The translations under genes and the position numbers were made by a program. The notes below the pieces were generated by a model. The model was not told the origin of the DNA. It was given only the letters and a program-made list of their open reading frames with translations, and did no database searches. A stretch of 64,000 bases of DNA from NCBI GenBank assembly GCA_964016885.1, contig OZ024743.1, forward strand, positions 355,570,001 through 355,634,000. Direction: 5' to 3'. Position 1 is the stretch's first letter. The number at the start of each line of letters is the position of its first letter. Shown in pieces: positions 50,752 through 64,000 of the stretch. Source of the stretch: Eledone cirrhosa. Taxonomy: Eukaryota.

Positions 50752-51624
50752 AAAACAGCAACCCAACAACAACAATAACAACAGCAACAAACCAACAACA
50801 CAGCAACCCAACAAATTCAACAACAACAACAATTAAATAACAACAACGCATTAACAACATGGTAATAATAACAAAACTAACAATAACACTAACAACACAA
50901 ACTCAACAACAAAACTAACAACAACACATCAATAACAACAACAACACAAATACACCAATAACAAAGCCAACAACAACAACACAAAAAAACGCACCAGTAA
51001 TAACAAAAACAACAACAACACAGTAATAACAACAACAACACAAATACATCAACTAAGAAATCCAACAACAACAAAAACAAAAAAATCTGCAGCAACAACA
51101 ACACAAATACAACAATAACGACAACAAAAGCAACAGCAATAATAAGAAAATCAATACCAACAACAACAACAGCAATAATAACAATATCAACAACAACAAC
51201 TACAACAACAGTAGCAATAACAACAACAAAAATTGAGAACAACACAACAATAACAACTACAACAAAAACAGCAGCAGCAATAACAACACAGCAACAACAA
51301 AAACAGCAGCAGCAATAACAACACAGCAACAACAACAACAACAACAGCAACAACAACAGAAATAACAACAAGAAAATTGAGAACAACACAGCAACAACAA
51401 CACCAGCAATAACAGCAACAACAACAACAACAACAGCAGCAGCAGCAGCAATAACAACACAGCAACAACAACAACAACAACAACAGCAACAACAACAGCA
51501 ACAACAACAGAAATAACAACAAGAAAATTGAGAACAACACAGCAACAACAACAACAACAACAACACCAGCAATAACAGCAGCAATAACAACAACAACAAC
51601 AGCAATAACAACAAGAAAATTGAG

Positions 51625-51661
<37 letters not shown>

Positions 51662-51898
51662 CCAGCAACAACAGCAACAACAGCAGCAGCAATAACAACA
51701 AGAAAATTGAGAACAACACAGCAACAACAACAACAACAACAACAACACCAGCAATAACAGCAGCAACAACAACAACAACAACAGCAATAACAACAAGAAA
51801 ATTGAGAACAACACAGCAACAACAACAACAACAACAACACCAGCAATAACAGCAGCAACAACAACAACAACAACAGCAATAACACCAAGAAAATTGAG

Positions 51899-51938
<40 letters not shown>

Positions 51939-51991
51939 GCAATAACAGCAGCAACAACAACAACAACAGCAATAACAACAAGAAAATTGAG

Positions 51992-52029
<38 letters not shown>

Positions 52030-52039
52030 GAAAATTGAG

Positions 52040-52079
<40 letters not shown>

Positions 52080-52150
52080 CCAGCAACAACAGCAACAACA
52101 GCAACAACAGCAACAACAGCAGCAGCAGCAATAACAACAAGAAAATTGAG

Positions 52151-52184
<34 letters not shown>

Positions 52185-52267
52185 CCAGCAACAACAGCAA
52201 CAACAACACCAGCAACAACAGCAACAACAGCAGCAGCAGCAATAACAACAAGAAAATTGAGAACAAC

Positions 52268-52318
<51 letters not shown>

Positions 52319-52326
52319 GCAGCAAT

Positions 52327-52365
<39 letters not shown>

Positions 52366-52374
52366 AACAACAAT

Positions 52375-52405
<31 letters not shown>

Positions 52406-52482
52406 CAACAACAACAACAACAGCAGCAATAACAACAACAACAATAACAACACCAACAACACAACAACAACAACAACAACAA
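50290..52482. repeat. (AAC)n-derived satellite with a higher-order marker motif
   Basis: AAC/AGC/AAT triplets punctuated by repeated ACAAGAAAATTGAGAAC between ~51230 and 52265. Confidence 0.9.
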
Positions 52483-52862
52483 TGTTAACACCACTGACGA
52501 CAAGACTATAACGGTGAGAAGAAGGTAATAGAGTGCAGAGGTAGAAGGAGAGTTGAAAAATGCCGCCAGGGAACCTGTTACAAACGTGAGAATTGTCTAT
52601 TAAGACTGATGATGACAACGAAGTTCTAATGATGGAAACGAGTGTTTGTCCGTTAGAAGCGAGACTCTGACACCACTGATGGCATTTGGTGACAGATGTA
52701 TCTTATCTTGTGTATTTCTTTATCTCTTTTCTCCTCAATTTTCCTCTGACGTCTCTTACGTACACATATGTATGTATGCATAGTTGTGAGTAAATTTATA
52801 CGTGTATGTGTATGTGTATGTATATGTGTATGTGTATATGTATGTGTATGTGTATGTGTATA

Positions 52863-52895
<33 letters not shown>

Positions 52896-53308
52896 ATGTG
52901 TATGTACCTCATGTGTACCTGATGTGTATGTATTTATGTAATGATATATGTATGTAAAAATGTATGTATGCACTTATATATGCATCGGTATATGTAAGGA
53001 TATATGTATGCACTTATATATGCATCGGTATATGTAAGGATATGGGTATGTAAAAATGTATGTGTACACATAAAAATGTATGCATGCATGTAAGTATATA
53101 TGTGTTAGTGTATGTACCTCAGTATGGATGTATGCATGTAAGGATATATATGTATGTAAAAATGTATGTATGCACTTATATACCCGAGTATCTATATATT
53201 CATGTAAGGAGGTGGGTAAGTAAAAATGTATGTGTACAAATAAAATTGTTTGCATGCATGTAAATATATATGTGTCTGTTTATGTGTATGTACCTGAGTA
53301 TGTATGTA

Positions 53309-53978
53309 TCTAAACTATAATAAAGGAAGGTCTGCGGGACTGCGTACGGTTTTGTTTTTTTTTTATCCCGTTAGTAAAATAAGTTGGATTACTTTGAATA
53401 AATAATTGTTTCTACTTTTGGCACAAGGCCAGCAATTATCCAGTATATTACTAGTACTTTATTTTATCGACCCCGTAAAGATGAAAGGCAAAGTTAAACT
53501 CGGCGAGATTTGAACTCAGAATAAATAATGAATGAATATTACATAATTTATCTACTAAATTTCGTAAACAAAAATCATTTCGTAAAAATAAATAATTTAA
53601 AATTGACTTCTTTTCAAAGTTACACTTCCGGTATATCGTTGCCCCCACCACCACTTCAACTACCATATATATAGAAAGAGAGAGTGTGTGATGTCAACAC
53701 TTCCTGTGGCGATCACTTAAATAAGCATACTAATTTTCTGTCACTAATTTTCTCCTAATACAGTTTATATATAATATCGTCTTTTTTTAATGTATCATGG
53801 ATTACGTTACTGATTACATAAGATAGTGTAACACAGTCTTCGTTCAATTGCTGTTTATATTGTCAATTACGATGTTATTTGATGTATCATATCTACATGT
53901 ATATATACTTGCGTATAATATCAATATACACACCACACATGCTAGCAGAAAACCACGCGAGGGTGGTTTTTCTGCTAG
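53309..53978 (+). mobile_element. Probable non-autonomous Helitron containing a SINE fragment (53405-53520)
   Basis: A|TC start; terminal hairpin GCAGAAAACCAC..GTGGTTTTTCTGC ending CTAG|T; interrupts a duplicated TATG-rich unit. Confidence 0.45.
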
Positions 53979-55666
53979 TATATGTAAGGATATATGTATG
54001 AAAAATGTATTATGCACTTATATAAGCATCGGTATATGTACCCGAGTGTATATATATTCATGTACGGATGTGGGTATGTAAAAATGTATGTATACACATA
54101 AAAATGTATGTGTACAAATAAAATTGTATGCCTGCATGTAAGTATATATGTGTCTGCGTATGTGTATGTACCTGAGTATGTATGCATCTAAGGATATATG
54201 TGTCTGCGTATATGTATGTACCTGATGTGTATGTATACATGTAAGGATATATGTATGTAGAAATATATGTATGTATATATGCATTGGTATATGTACCTGA
54301 GTATGTATATATTTACGTAAAGATATAGGTATGTAAAAATGTATATCTACACGTCAATTTATATACATGCATGTAAGTATATATACCTGTCTGTGTATGT
54401 ACCTGAGTGTATATGTATACATTTAAGAATATAAGAATGTAAGAATGTATGTATGTAGGAATGTCGTTATATATTTATGTATTTATCCGAATAGGTATAT
54501 AGGTATGTATCCTAGTATACATGTGCACATGTATGTATGTATGTGTAGATATGTGTGCAAAGATATGCACATGTGTCTCTATTTTAATGCGTATGTTTGT
54601 GCAGTGGAGTAGATGCCTATCAATCTACTTTCTCACCCAATATAACTTCCTGTGTATTCTTAAGAATATTTGTTTTGAGCTGGGTAGCAGGCAAAATATG
54701 TGTAAAATTGTGTTTACACGTATATTTATGTGTATATTATATATGTACATACATATATATACAAGCTCACACACATACATACATACATTCATACATACAT
54801 ACTTACATACATACATACAGACAGACATACATACATGCATACTTACATACATATAGACATACATACATACATACATACATACATACATACATACATACAT
54901 ACATACATACATACATACATACATACATGGTGGCTGCCAACTCGTTTTCGAGTACGGCCACTACTTTATATACATGTAGGAGAACCCCTACCGATGCGCT
55001 AAACAAGTGTGACTTTTTAGTTCAGCCAGCGACTTGAAAACTCTGGAACAAACACTACACTTGTGACAATTATTGACACATAGTGCTGGGCCCATGGTAC
55101 CATGTGTCGACAAGTGCACAGAGATCTCCAGATATAAAGCAATGCCTGTGCCGTGAAGCTTTTATAGTGAGCAAAGGCACTGCACAAAGCCAGTCCCACT
55201 CTCTTAACCAAGATGATATTTACCAAAAAGAAGAACAATTCAACATCATTGGATACCATCAGGGTTGCAGGTGTTATATACATACATACATGTTATATAC
55301 ATACATACATACATACATACATACATACATACATACATACAGAGATACATACATGCATAATACTTACATACATAGATACAGACATACATACATACATGCA
55401 TAATTACATACATATATACATACATACATGCATACATACATACTTACATACATACATACATACATACTTACATACATACATACATACAGACATACAGACA
55501 TGCATACATATATACGTACGTACATACATACATACAGACAGACAGACATACAAACATGCATACATACATGCATACATACATATACATACGTACTTACATA
55601 CATACATGCATGCATGATGGCTTCCCCCTCGTTATCGAGTATGGCCATTGCACGTGAAGAGAAAAA

Positions 55667-55709
<43 letters not shown>

Positions 55710-55720
55710 TATATATATAC

Positions 55721-55797
<77 letters not shown>

Positions 55798-56270
55798 TAT
55801 ATATATATATACACACATATATAGTAATAACAATAATAATAACTACAACAACAACAATAATAATATACATATATACATATATATATACACACACACGCAC
55901 GCACATAAACATATCTATACACACAATAGCAACTAACAGCGCTGCGGTCGAATGTGGCTTTTTAGCCCAGCCAATGATCTAAAATGTCTTGCACAGAGTC
56001 GGCAACCAAAACATTCACTGGGAATAGCCGGCTGTGGTTGGAGTCCATGTACTTTAGCATACATGCATACATACATACCTATATACATTAATAATTAGAT
56101 ACATAGATGTGTTTCTCATAATTCGAGTATGTTGCTATATATTTATCTATATATATAGCCATAAATATGTGTCCCTTTCCTACTTTGTTTCCATATAAGC
56201 CATTATCGTTCTAACCATGCTAACCCCAACCCCAAACACTAGAAATTTATAGAAATTTATATATATATTC

Positions 56271-56311
<41 letters not shown>

Positions 56312-56399
56312 CATATACATATATATATATATACATATACATACATATATATATATATATGTATATATGTATATATGTATATATATATATATATATATG

Positions 56400-56432
<33 letters not shown>

Positions 56433-56453
56433 TTATTTATATATACATACATA

Positions 56454-56530
<77 letters not shown>

Positions 56531-56664
56531 AGAGAAATATGTGTGGGTGAGGCTGTACTGTAGGAAGCTGATGTAGAAGTGCATATTGTCACTCCATTTT
56601 AGATTTACCGTTTTCCTACGTGATTGACTAGTAGCTGAAAGCTGCTAACATTCATTTATTTAAC

Positions 56665-56869
56665 CTGCATAGATGAAGATATTGTCTTCTGGGAGGGCAG
56701 CGTTGTTGTTGCTGGTACCGTCGTTAGCATATATAGCAAAATGTAGCATATCGGTATGGGGGAAACCGGTCGTTGATGTCCATTCTTGTCGGAGCAAGAA
56801 TCGATGAGCAGTGGAAAATGATAAATATTCGAGACATGACAATAAAACAAAAGATGTTTGCATCATCAA
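56665..56869 (-). CDS. Possible first coding exon of a host gene (secreted or receptor protein)
   Basis: Non-repetitive ORF MMMQTSFVLLSCLEYLSFS..LHFAIYA..NIFIYA ending at a GCAG|GT phase-1 donor; a candidate upstream exon (TAG..CTG|GTGAG) lies at ~57728-57883. Confidence 0.28.
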
Positions 56870-57112
56870 CGGTGATGAAGAAACGATGAGATTTCAGTGG
56901 GTTCTCAAATTTCAGATCAATCACGCTGCTAAATGGCCATTTTGGTGGCGTCTGGTTTGAACATGACATGTCTGCCTAATACATCTGCACAGTGGTGAAT
57001 ACTTTTGTATACGAAGTAAATGTGATTGATACATACACATATACACATACACATACACAAATAGCACACATAATTATAAACTCTCTGTATATATATATAT
57101 ATATATATATAT

Positions 57113-57192
<80 letters not shown>

Positions 57193-57313
57193 ATATGCAT
57201 AAAGAAAGAGAGAGAAATATCTCATTCATTTTTGGACGGACATACACACAGAGACACACAGATGAAACCATATATATATGTATATATATTTATATATATA
57301 TATATATATACAC

Positions 57314-57382
<69 letters not shown>

Positions 57383-57926
57383 CAAACATATACAAATATA
57401 CACACATACACGCATACATACATACATACATACATACATACATACATACATACATACATACATACATACATACATACAAACATACATGTATAATACACAC
57501 ACGTACTCCAAAGTGTGCACTGTAATTAGTTTTGGCGAGGTGTTTTCAACTTAACCTGTTCAAGAAATATTCATAAAAGTATGAATTATTTGGGACTATA
57601 GCGTATACAGTGGAAGAATTGACATAAAGAGCTAACTTCTGATATACGATATCAAGGAAGTATGCGTGATCTCACCTCGTATCAATTCTTTCGATAAAGA
57701 ATGTTCTGTTTCGAGAACTATATCTCTCACCAGGTAGTGTAAAATGACAAAATCCCTCTATGAACAACAGTCATAAAGGGTGAACATAAGACTGCTCGGA
57801 ACGAATAAAAGTGTCGAAAATTGACTCTTTCATCACCAACCGAATGAAAATGTCTAAGAAGATTGCCCTTTGAATTGATTTCCTCTATGCAAACACACTT
57901 GCAGGGAGAGGTATACATATATATAG

Positions 57927-57981
<55 letters not shown>

Positions 57982-59428
57982 TGTGTGTGTAAGTGTGTAT
58001 CTGTGTCTGTGTCTGTGTCTGTGTATGAATATGTGTATGAATATGTGTGTATGTGTATGTGTGTGTGTCCGTGTGTGTATGTACTTATATATATTTGTGT
58101 GTATGCATCTATCTATATATCTATCTATATATATATATATAAACATAAATTATCGAGATTCGCATTTCGGCCACGAAATAACGAAAAACAACCTCCGAGA
58201 TGTGCGGCAAGTGCTCAATGATTCAGATGAACCAGAGCTATAGCAAACGTTAAAGGCCAAACACACTGAGACGATGGTTAAACAATCATTCGCATAGCCA
58301 AAAAAAAACGATCAAGTAATTCGGGTATTGAAAATTTACCCGGACCCCTGGAAGGTTGGTAAAATCCAGTATATGGGTTTCTGCGGCTCCTAAATCAAGT
58401 ACCGTCCGCTTACATAAGTAATGTCAGGCTTCTGGTAAGATGATTGAACAAAGAAGCCACTTTCTCAACAGGTTTTAGTTCAATGTTAATACAAGGACTG
58501 ACTATTGCTGACCCCGCGTGGGGATCGGCAAGGGAGGCAACCCCTATATATATATATATATATTCTGCAATGTATTTACTACTGGCCTTGTACCTTAGGA
58601 TGGAAGCGAGGCCTTTTCTTTTCTTTTTATGTCACCGCCGTCACCGTGGTGGGCTCATCACTGGTGTTGTCGTTATTATTGTTGTTGGCGTTACCGCAGT
58701 CTGGCTCTCGGGTAATGGCCACTCACTGCCATTGACTTGATACTAATACCAGTGATACCACCACTTCCACGACGACCGGGGTGATGGGCAGTGTTAATGT
58801 TTGTTACCGTTACTATTGTTGTTGTTGCGATGGTCTTGGTGATAGATGCCATCAAATCTGTGTATCAACTTACCTCTGAGCACCGTATATAGCTTTGCCA
58901 ATTGTTATCGTTGTTATTGTCGGCGGGTGGTACCGTCACTACGACTTTTGGTCGGTGTTTTGCTGTTATTGTCGTTGTTGTTGTTGTTGTCGTCGTTGTC
59001 GTCGTCGTCGTTGTTGTCGTTGTTGTTGTTGTTGTTGTTGTTGTTACTGTTGTTGTCTTAAGGTGACTGTCGACAAAAATATATACCCCATCCTCCCTCA
59101 GAGCTCCATTTATTGCATCCACTGTCTACTGGGCTTTGGCTACACACAGTTTTTTCGTTTTTTCTTTGAGAGCACTTTACTCTAGCAAACGCGACAGCTG
59201 GGAGACCCTTTAAGGAACTCATATATCTGCTGGGCACACAAGCCATAGGACGTGCGTTTTTTCCTGCCGGCGGCATATCAAACAATTCGGAAATCATCTG
59301 AGGATACCGTTCTCATAACAACAACAAATGCATAAAGGACATCTCGATTGCATGGAGAACCGTGGAAATAATTTTAATGATTAAACGATATATGTAACCT
59401 CAGCATCTTATTTTGTTATTTATATATA

Positions 59429-59578
59429 CTAGCAGAATGGCCCGGCGTTGCTCGGGATTTGCTCTAGGGTTCTTATATATTTGATATATATTTATCCTTA
59501 TCGAGCCTCGTGAAATAAATACGTTTGTTTATATTTTGTTATTGTGTATGCAAAAATATCAGTACACGAATATATAAT

Positions 59579-59658
<80 letters not shown>

Positions 59659-60109
59659 TAACAGATTAAAGTTTAAGCAAAGAATCGCTGCTTTCTCCCT
59701 TAACGGGATCTTCTAAAGGTAAAAAAATCAATCTGTGAACGCAGAAGTAAATATTTCGAAAAACGTTACACACACTATATATATACACACACTGTATATA
59801 CATATATACACGTAAACACATATAGCATCATAACGTTGTAATGCAGACAACCAGACATACAGACAGATATTATATGGGCGCAACATTATATCTATGTATC
59901 TATCTAAAAAGAAAGACTAAGAATTATAGAGAGAGATCGCTAAATCGCCTAATGCGGTCCCTAGGGCATTGACAATTTGAAATTGTTTTGTTCGAACCAC
60001 TCACAGGGCCATAAGTATTACATGTGTAAAGTTTGAAAACAATCAGTTGGGTGGTTCTCGAGTTTTAGGGAGTCAGAGAGACAGACATTCTTTGTTTTAG
60101 ATATATAGA
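59429..60109 (-). mobile_element. Non-autonomous Helitron
   Basis: Minus strand A|TCTATATATCTAAAA...CCCGAGCAACGCCGGG hairpin...CTAG|T; no TSD. Confidence 0.75.
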
Positions 60110-60202
60110 TATTCAATAATTTGTATATATCTAACTTATTGGCGCTGCGGTCGGGATTTTACACATCTAAATATATATATATGTGTGTCTGTGTGTGTGT
60201 AC

Positions 60203-60255
<53 letters not shown>

Positions 60256-60313
60256 TATAAATATATATATATTTGAATATATATATATATATATATATAT
60301 TCAAATATATATA

Positions 60314-60372
<59 letters not shown>

Positions 60373-60391
60373 GTACACACATATATATATC

Positions 60392-60439
<48 letters not shown>

Positions 60440-60511
60440 CATGCCTATGTATATATGTATGTATATGTAACTAAGAATTAGTAGAAACCTTTTCCATTGC
60501 TACTCTTTATG

Positions 60512-60638
60512 ATCTGTGTTCAAATCCCGCCGAGGTTAACTTTGCCTTTCATCCTTACGGGGTCGATAAAATAAAGTACCAGTAATGCACTGAGATAATT
60601 GCTGGCCTTGTGCCATAAGTAGAAACAATTATTATTAT
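60512..60638 (+). mobile_element. tRNA-derived SINE fragment
   Basis: GTTCAAATCCCGCCGAGG core and CCTTGTGCCATAAGTAGAAACAATTATTATT tail. Confidence 0.8.
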
Positions 60639-60660
60639 CTTATCCAACATAGCTTCTCAC

Positions 60661-61780
60661 ATGCGCGTGGCCTTGGGTCGTCTTGGAACCAGGGTTGCTA
60701 AACATATATGTGGAGGCCATCAGCGAGACCAAAATCTCAGAGGCACCTGCATTCGTACTCATTTTCAGCGGTTATGTGGTGTACAAATCTCCAAGCCGTT
60801 CCGGATCGGGGGGGAAGAGTGGCAGTGTTATTACGGAGAGGTCTGGATCTTGGGGTACGGGCCATCTTCTTGGACCCAGAAGGTAAGTTGGTGGTGCTGG
60901 ACGTGATTAGCAGAGAAGGACACGCTTTCAGGCTAGAGGCCGTCTACGCCCCAACAGGGGCAGGATGGCCTGACTTCTTCCGGCACCTGGACACCTTTCT
61001 TGGAACGTCGCGCTCTTTAATGTTAGTGGGCGACTAGAACGCGATGTTGCATGCACGCTGGGACTGTGTGGGACTAGCGGATAGGGGAGGAGGGTGTAAA
61101 ATCCTCGCAAACCTGCTCATATGTTTTTAACTATCTGACAAGTACCGTCTGGATTTCCCGAATGCGACGATGGGAACACGGTCAAACCGCATCGGTTCAT
61201 CCATATCGTATCTACATAAGGTATTTTGTAGGGAAATAGATAGATCTAGCATAGGTTGTCCACAATTCAAGATAGTCGATTTTGTAGACAGGGACCCGGA
61301 TACTGGAAGCTGAACGCCTCGCTACCGGTGCACAAAGCTTACAGAGACCGGATTACCGAATTAGTTAAGCAGGCGTTGACGAGGCAGTCAACAACAACAA
61401 ATGATGGTTCGCCCCGAAAAGAGCGATTCAAACAAAGTCCATTAGGTTCAGTAAGGTTTTAACAATAAGCAAAAATAGAGTAGTGGAAGAACTAGTTAGA
61501 AAATTAGACGAGGCGCAAAATAAAGGCATCGTGACTGGACGTGCTTGCGGCGACCAATTCTTCAACGCAAAGCACGAAGGCTGCGTTGTCTGAGCTAGGA
61601 CACGTGTTCTCAGACACGAGCCGTTCGATGGACCCGAGTGGCGGAATGACCACAAAGCCACGATCCGGTCTTTGGAGGAACGTTAGACGCATGTTAGTCG
61701 ATCCCGAGCAGATGTGAGCGACCTTTCAACAGCACTTCGCTCAACTGTTCGGGTGCAGTGGCGAGCTGGATCGGGGAATG
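60661..61780 (+). pseudogene. Tx1-a ORF2 relic (APE domain and linker)
   Basis: AISET, FLDPEGKLVVLDV, VYAP, GPGYWKLNASL; matches 7100-8330. Confidence 0.85.
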
Positions 61781-61805
61781 CACTAATTGTTTTTACCTTT
61801 TGTGA

Positions 61806-62350
61806 AGGCACGTAGCTTAGAGGTTTCTCTCATCACTGTAAGAGCGCATGTTTGATTCCCGGCGGTGCGTTGTGTGCTCAAGCAAGATATTTTATTTCCC
61901 GTTGCTCCAGTTTACTCAACTAGCAAAAAATGTGTGTATAAAAATGTACCTTCAATTCAACAGGCTATCCCCTTTCCATACTATATTACTCTAAATCTCC
62001 ATGGGCGACACGTCACTTACGCGTTAATTTCACGAGCAGACTGTTCCATTGTAAGAGCAACAGTAACACTCATCGCTGTGACCGACGGAAGTGCAGTATG
62101 CGTGCGTGTCCGTAATTTTTCATTCTTTGGGCTAGGCAAAGCTTAATAGTTAAGAAATCCGCTCGCTTTGCAATCATAATTGTTTCTACTTTTGGCACAA
62201 GGCCAGTAATTATCCCAGTGCATTACTGGTACTTTATTTTATCGAATCATAATGTTCTATCGAATCATAATGTTCTGGTGACATGTGCCTCAGGCCGACC
62301 AAGGCCTTGTGAGTGAAATTGAGTAGACGAAAAATGTTTGGGAAACCCAT
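61806..62350 (+). mobile_element. Degenerate second SINE family, interrupted by a SINE fragment at 62180-62245
   Basis: B-box-like GTTTGATTCCC, AAGCAAGAT..TTGCTCCAGT central block, RTE-like 3' block CCGACCAAGGCCTTGTGAGTG. Confidence 0.45.
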
Positions 62351-62761
62351 TGAATGGAATGTGCCCGTAATTAAGAGAACCAGGTTTGTCAAACCTGGTC
62401 ATGCTAATCTTGCCTAGGAGTTACATTAAGGCTACATGGGCTTGTAGATTACTTAGCCCCTTACATGTTAATTCACGAACAAGCCGTTCCGTTGATCGAA
62501 CAACTGTAATATTCGTCGTCGGAATCGACGGATGCCCCCACACACTTATACACATTACACATTATTCTCTTTACTACATTATTTCCGCTTCTTGTCTGAC
62601 TTATACTGTAAGATAAAGAAATTATCACTTGGTGTATAATAAATATATGAAGAATTATTCTGTCATATCATCTCAAACGTTGAATCTAGCAAAGTGTCCA
62701 TTCATCAAGTCATTTGGATAGAAAATCTGCAAATATATATAAAAATAAATTTCGCCAATCA

Positions 62762-62807
<46 letters not shown>

Positions 62808-63047
62808 GTAAATAATCTTCTTTGTCTTCTTCATTCATTTCGTCTTATTGTAGTTCTCTTTTTATCTTCTCCTTCATCATCGTCTTCTCCATCTTATTCT
62901 TTCTCTTCTTTATTTTTTCTTCATCCTCCTTCTTTGTAATCGTTCAAACGTCGGACACATAAAATACCAGTCAAGCACTGAGGTCAATATGATCAACTTG
63001 TTCAAGGTAACAACACCCAAATAGCTGGAATTGTCCTTAAATTAAAA

Positions 63048-63165
63048 CCTTTCATCGATAAAATAAAATACCAGTAATGCACTGGGGTCGATTTAGTCGA
63101 CTTTCCCTTTCGCCCAAAATTGTTGGCCTTGTGCCTAAACCAGAAACCATTATCATTATTATTAT
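63048..63165 (+). mobile_element. SINE 3' fragment
   Basis: ACCAGTAATGCACTGGGGTCGAT..CCTTGTGCCTAAACCAGAAACCATTAT. Confidence 0.7.
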
Positions 63166-63350
63166 TCGATTTAGCATGTAAAAAAAAAAAAAAAATTTGA
63201 AAGACATCAATCTCACGAAAATTTGCCAAGGTATAACTTATTCAATTTCTAATTAATTTTCTCTTCTGATAAATGCTAGAAATTAAGAAGGATTGCACGC
63301 ACTCACACACACACACACACACCACATACTCCCCCCCCCCTCATACACAC

Positions 63351-63383
<33 letters not shown>

Positions 63384-64000
63384 CTTATATATATATATAT
63401 AATGCACATTATTAATCGGCAGCGATTTTGAAACAATATATAATGATTCATACTCACTCTTTCTTTTACGTATTTGTTCATATGTGTTTCATATATATGC
63501 GTATGTGTAGATGCGTGTGTATGTGTTAGAAATATTTTTCGTTTTATAGATTTCGTGTTTCGGGTGTTCATTCAAAGAGAAATTTTTATTTTGTTTGGAA
63601 GTTTGTTATTTTTTTTTATATTTTAGCTATGAAATATAAGAGCTAAGCATGACAAATAGAGCAATTATAATTCCGAAATGTGGTCAGCCTATTTGTTTTG
63701 GTAACAATCATAAAACGCTAGAAAGTATGGTTAATTTCAGGATTTCTTCATAATAAATGACTGCATTCTTCGCCTTTTATTTATTTTTCTTTCGTTCTCA
63801 TCTCTTTCCAATCTACATTGATGTAACTATGTGTAGTTTAAAAAAACAACATCATCACAAAATGTTTAACATTGTAAAATGTCTAAAACTATGTTTTATT
63901 TCTAGTTATAACCACAGCGAACATGCGAAAAAAAAATTATTTAAAGTTTGTTTTTTTAATAAAACACAAAACTGAAAATTACACTGAATACTAAAAACGA

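Noticed and set aside
51230-52270. CRISPR-like repeat-spacer array
   Set aside because: The spacers are microsatellite of variable length, the context is eukaryotic and there are no cas genes.
50889-52618. 438-505 aa poly-Leu/Cys/Val ORFs
   Set aside because: Artefact of the (GTT)n repeat.

Overview
Animal genomic DNA, most likely a cephalopod (inferred from the SINE family, the extreme microsatellite load and the transposable-element mix). It consists almost entirely of nested retroelements and microsatellites. 0.7-12.5 kb: an array of R4/Dong-type (RLE) LINEs in (TAA)n, with a near full-length antisense Tx1/L1-clade LINE inserted in the same repeat. 13.9-16 kb: a decayed Naiad-type Penelope-like element (PLE). 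16.1-24.4 kb: three tandem copies of a sister Tx1 lineage separated by (GATA)n. 26-29 kb: relics of Tx1, Tc1 and RTE. 29.4-32.1 kb: small fold-back elements in (TA)n, including a tRNA-headed SINE-like family and a palindrome carrying two hammerhead ribozymes. 32-39 kb: a Naiad PLE with a ~3.1 kb inverted duplication. 40.9-46.9 kb: an intact Neptune-type PLE (1170 aa RT + GIY-YIG) with direct pLTRs that are about half microsatellite. The rest is satellites, SINEs, a hAT MITE, Helitrons and possibly one host-gene exon. Eight hammerhead motifs, including a U3-A8 core variant, can be read by eye. The most novel candidates are: (i) in both Tx1 lineages the ORF1 stop codon lies inside a GTRAGT splice donor with an in-frame acceptor near the ORF2 start; (ii) a tRNA-headed SINE that integrates as a PLE-style fold-back; (iii) sister Tx1 lineages and a SINE sharing a colinear 3' end while occupying different microsatellites. 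Most short ORFs in the track are microsatellite artefacts.
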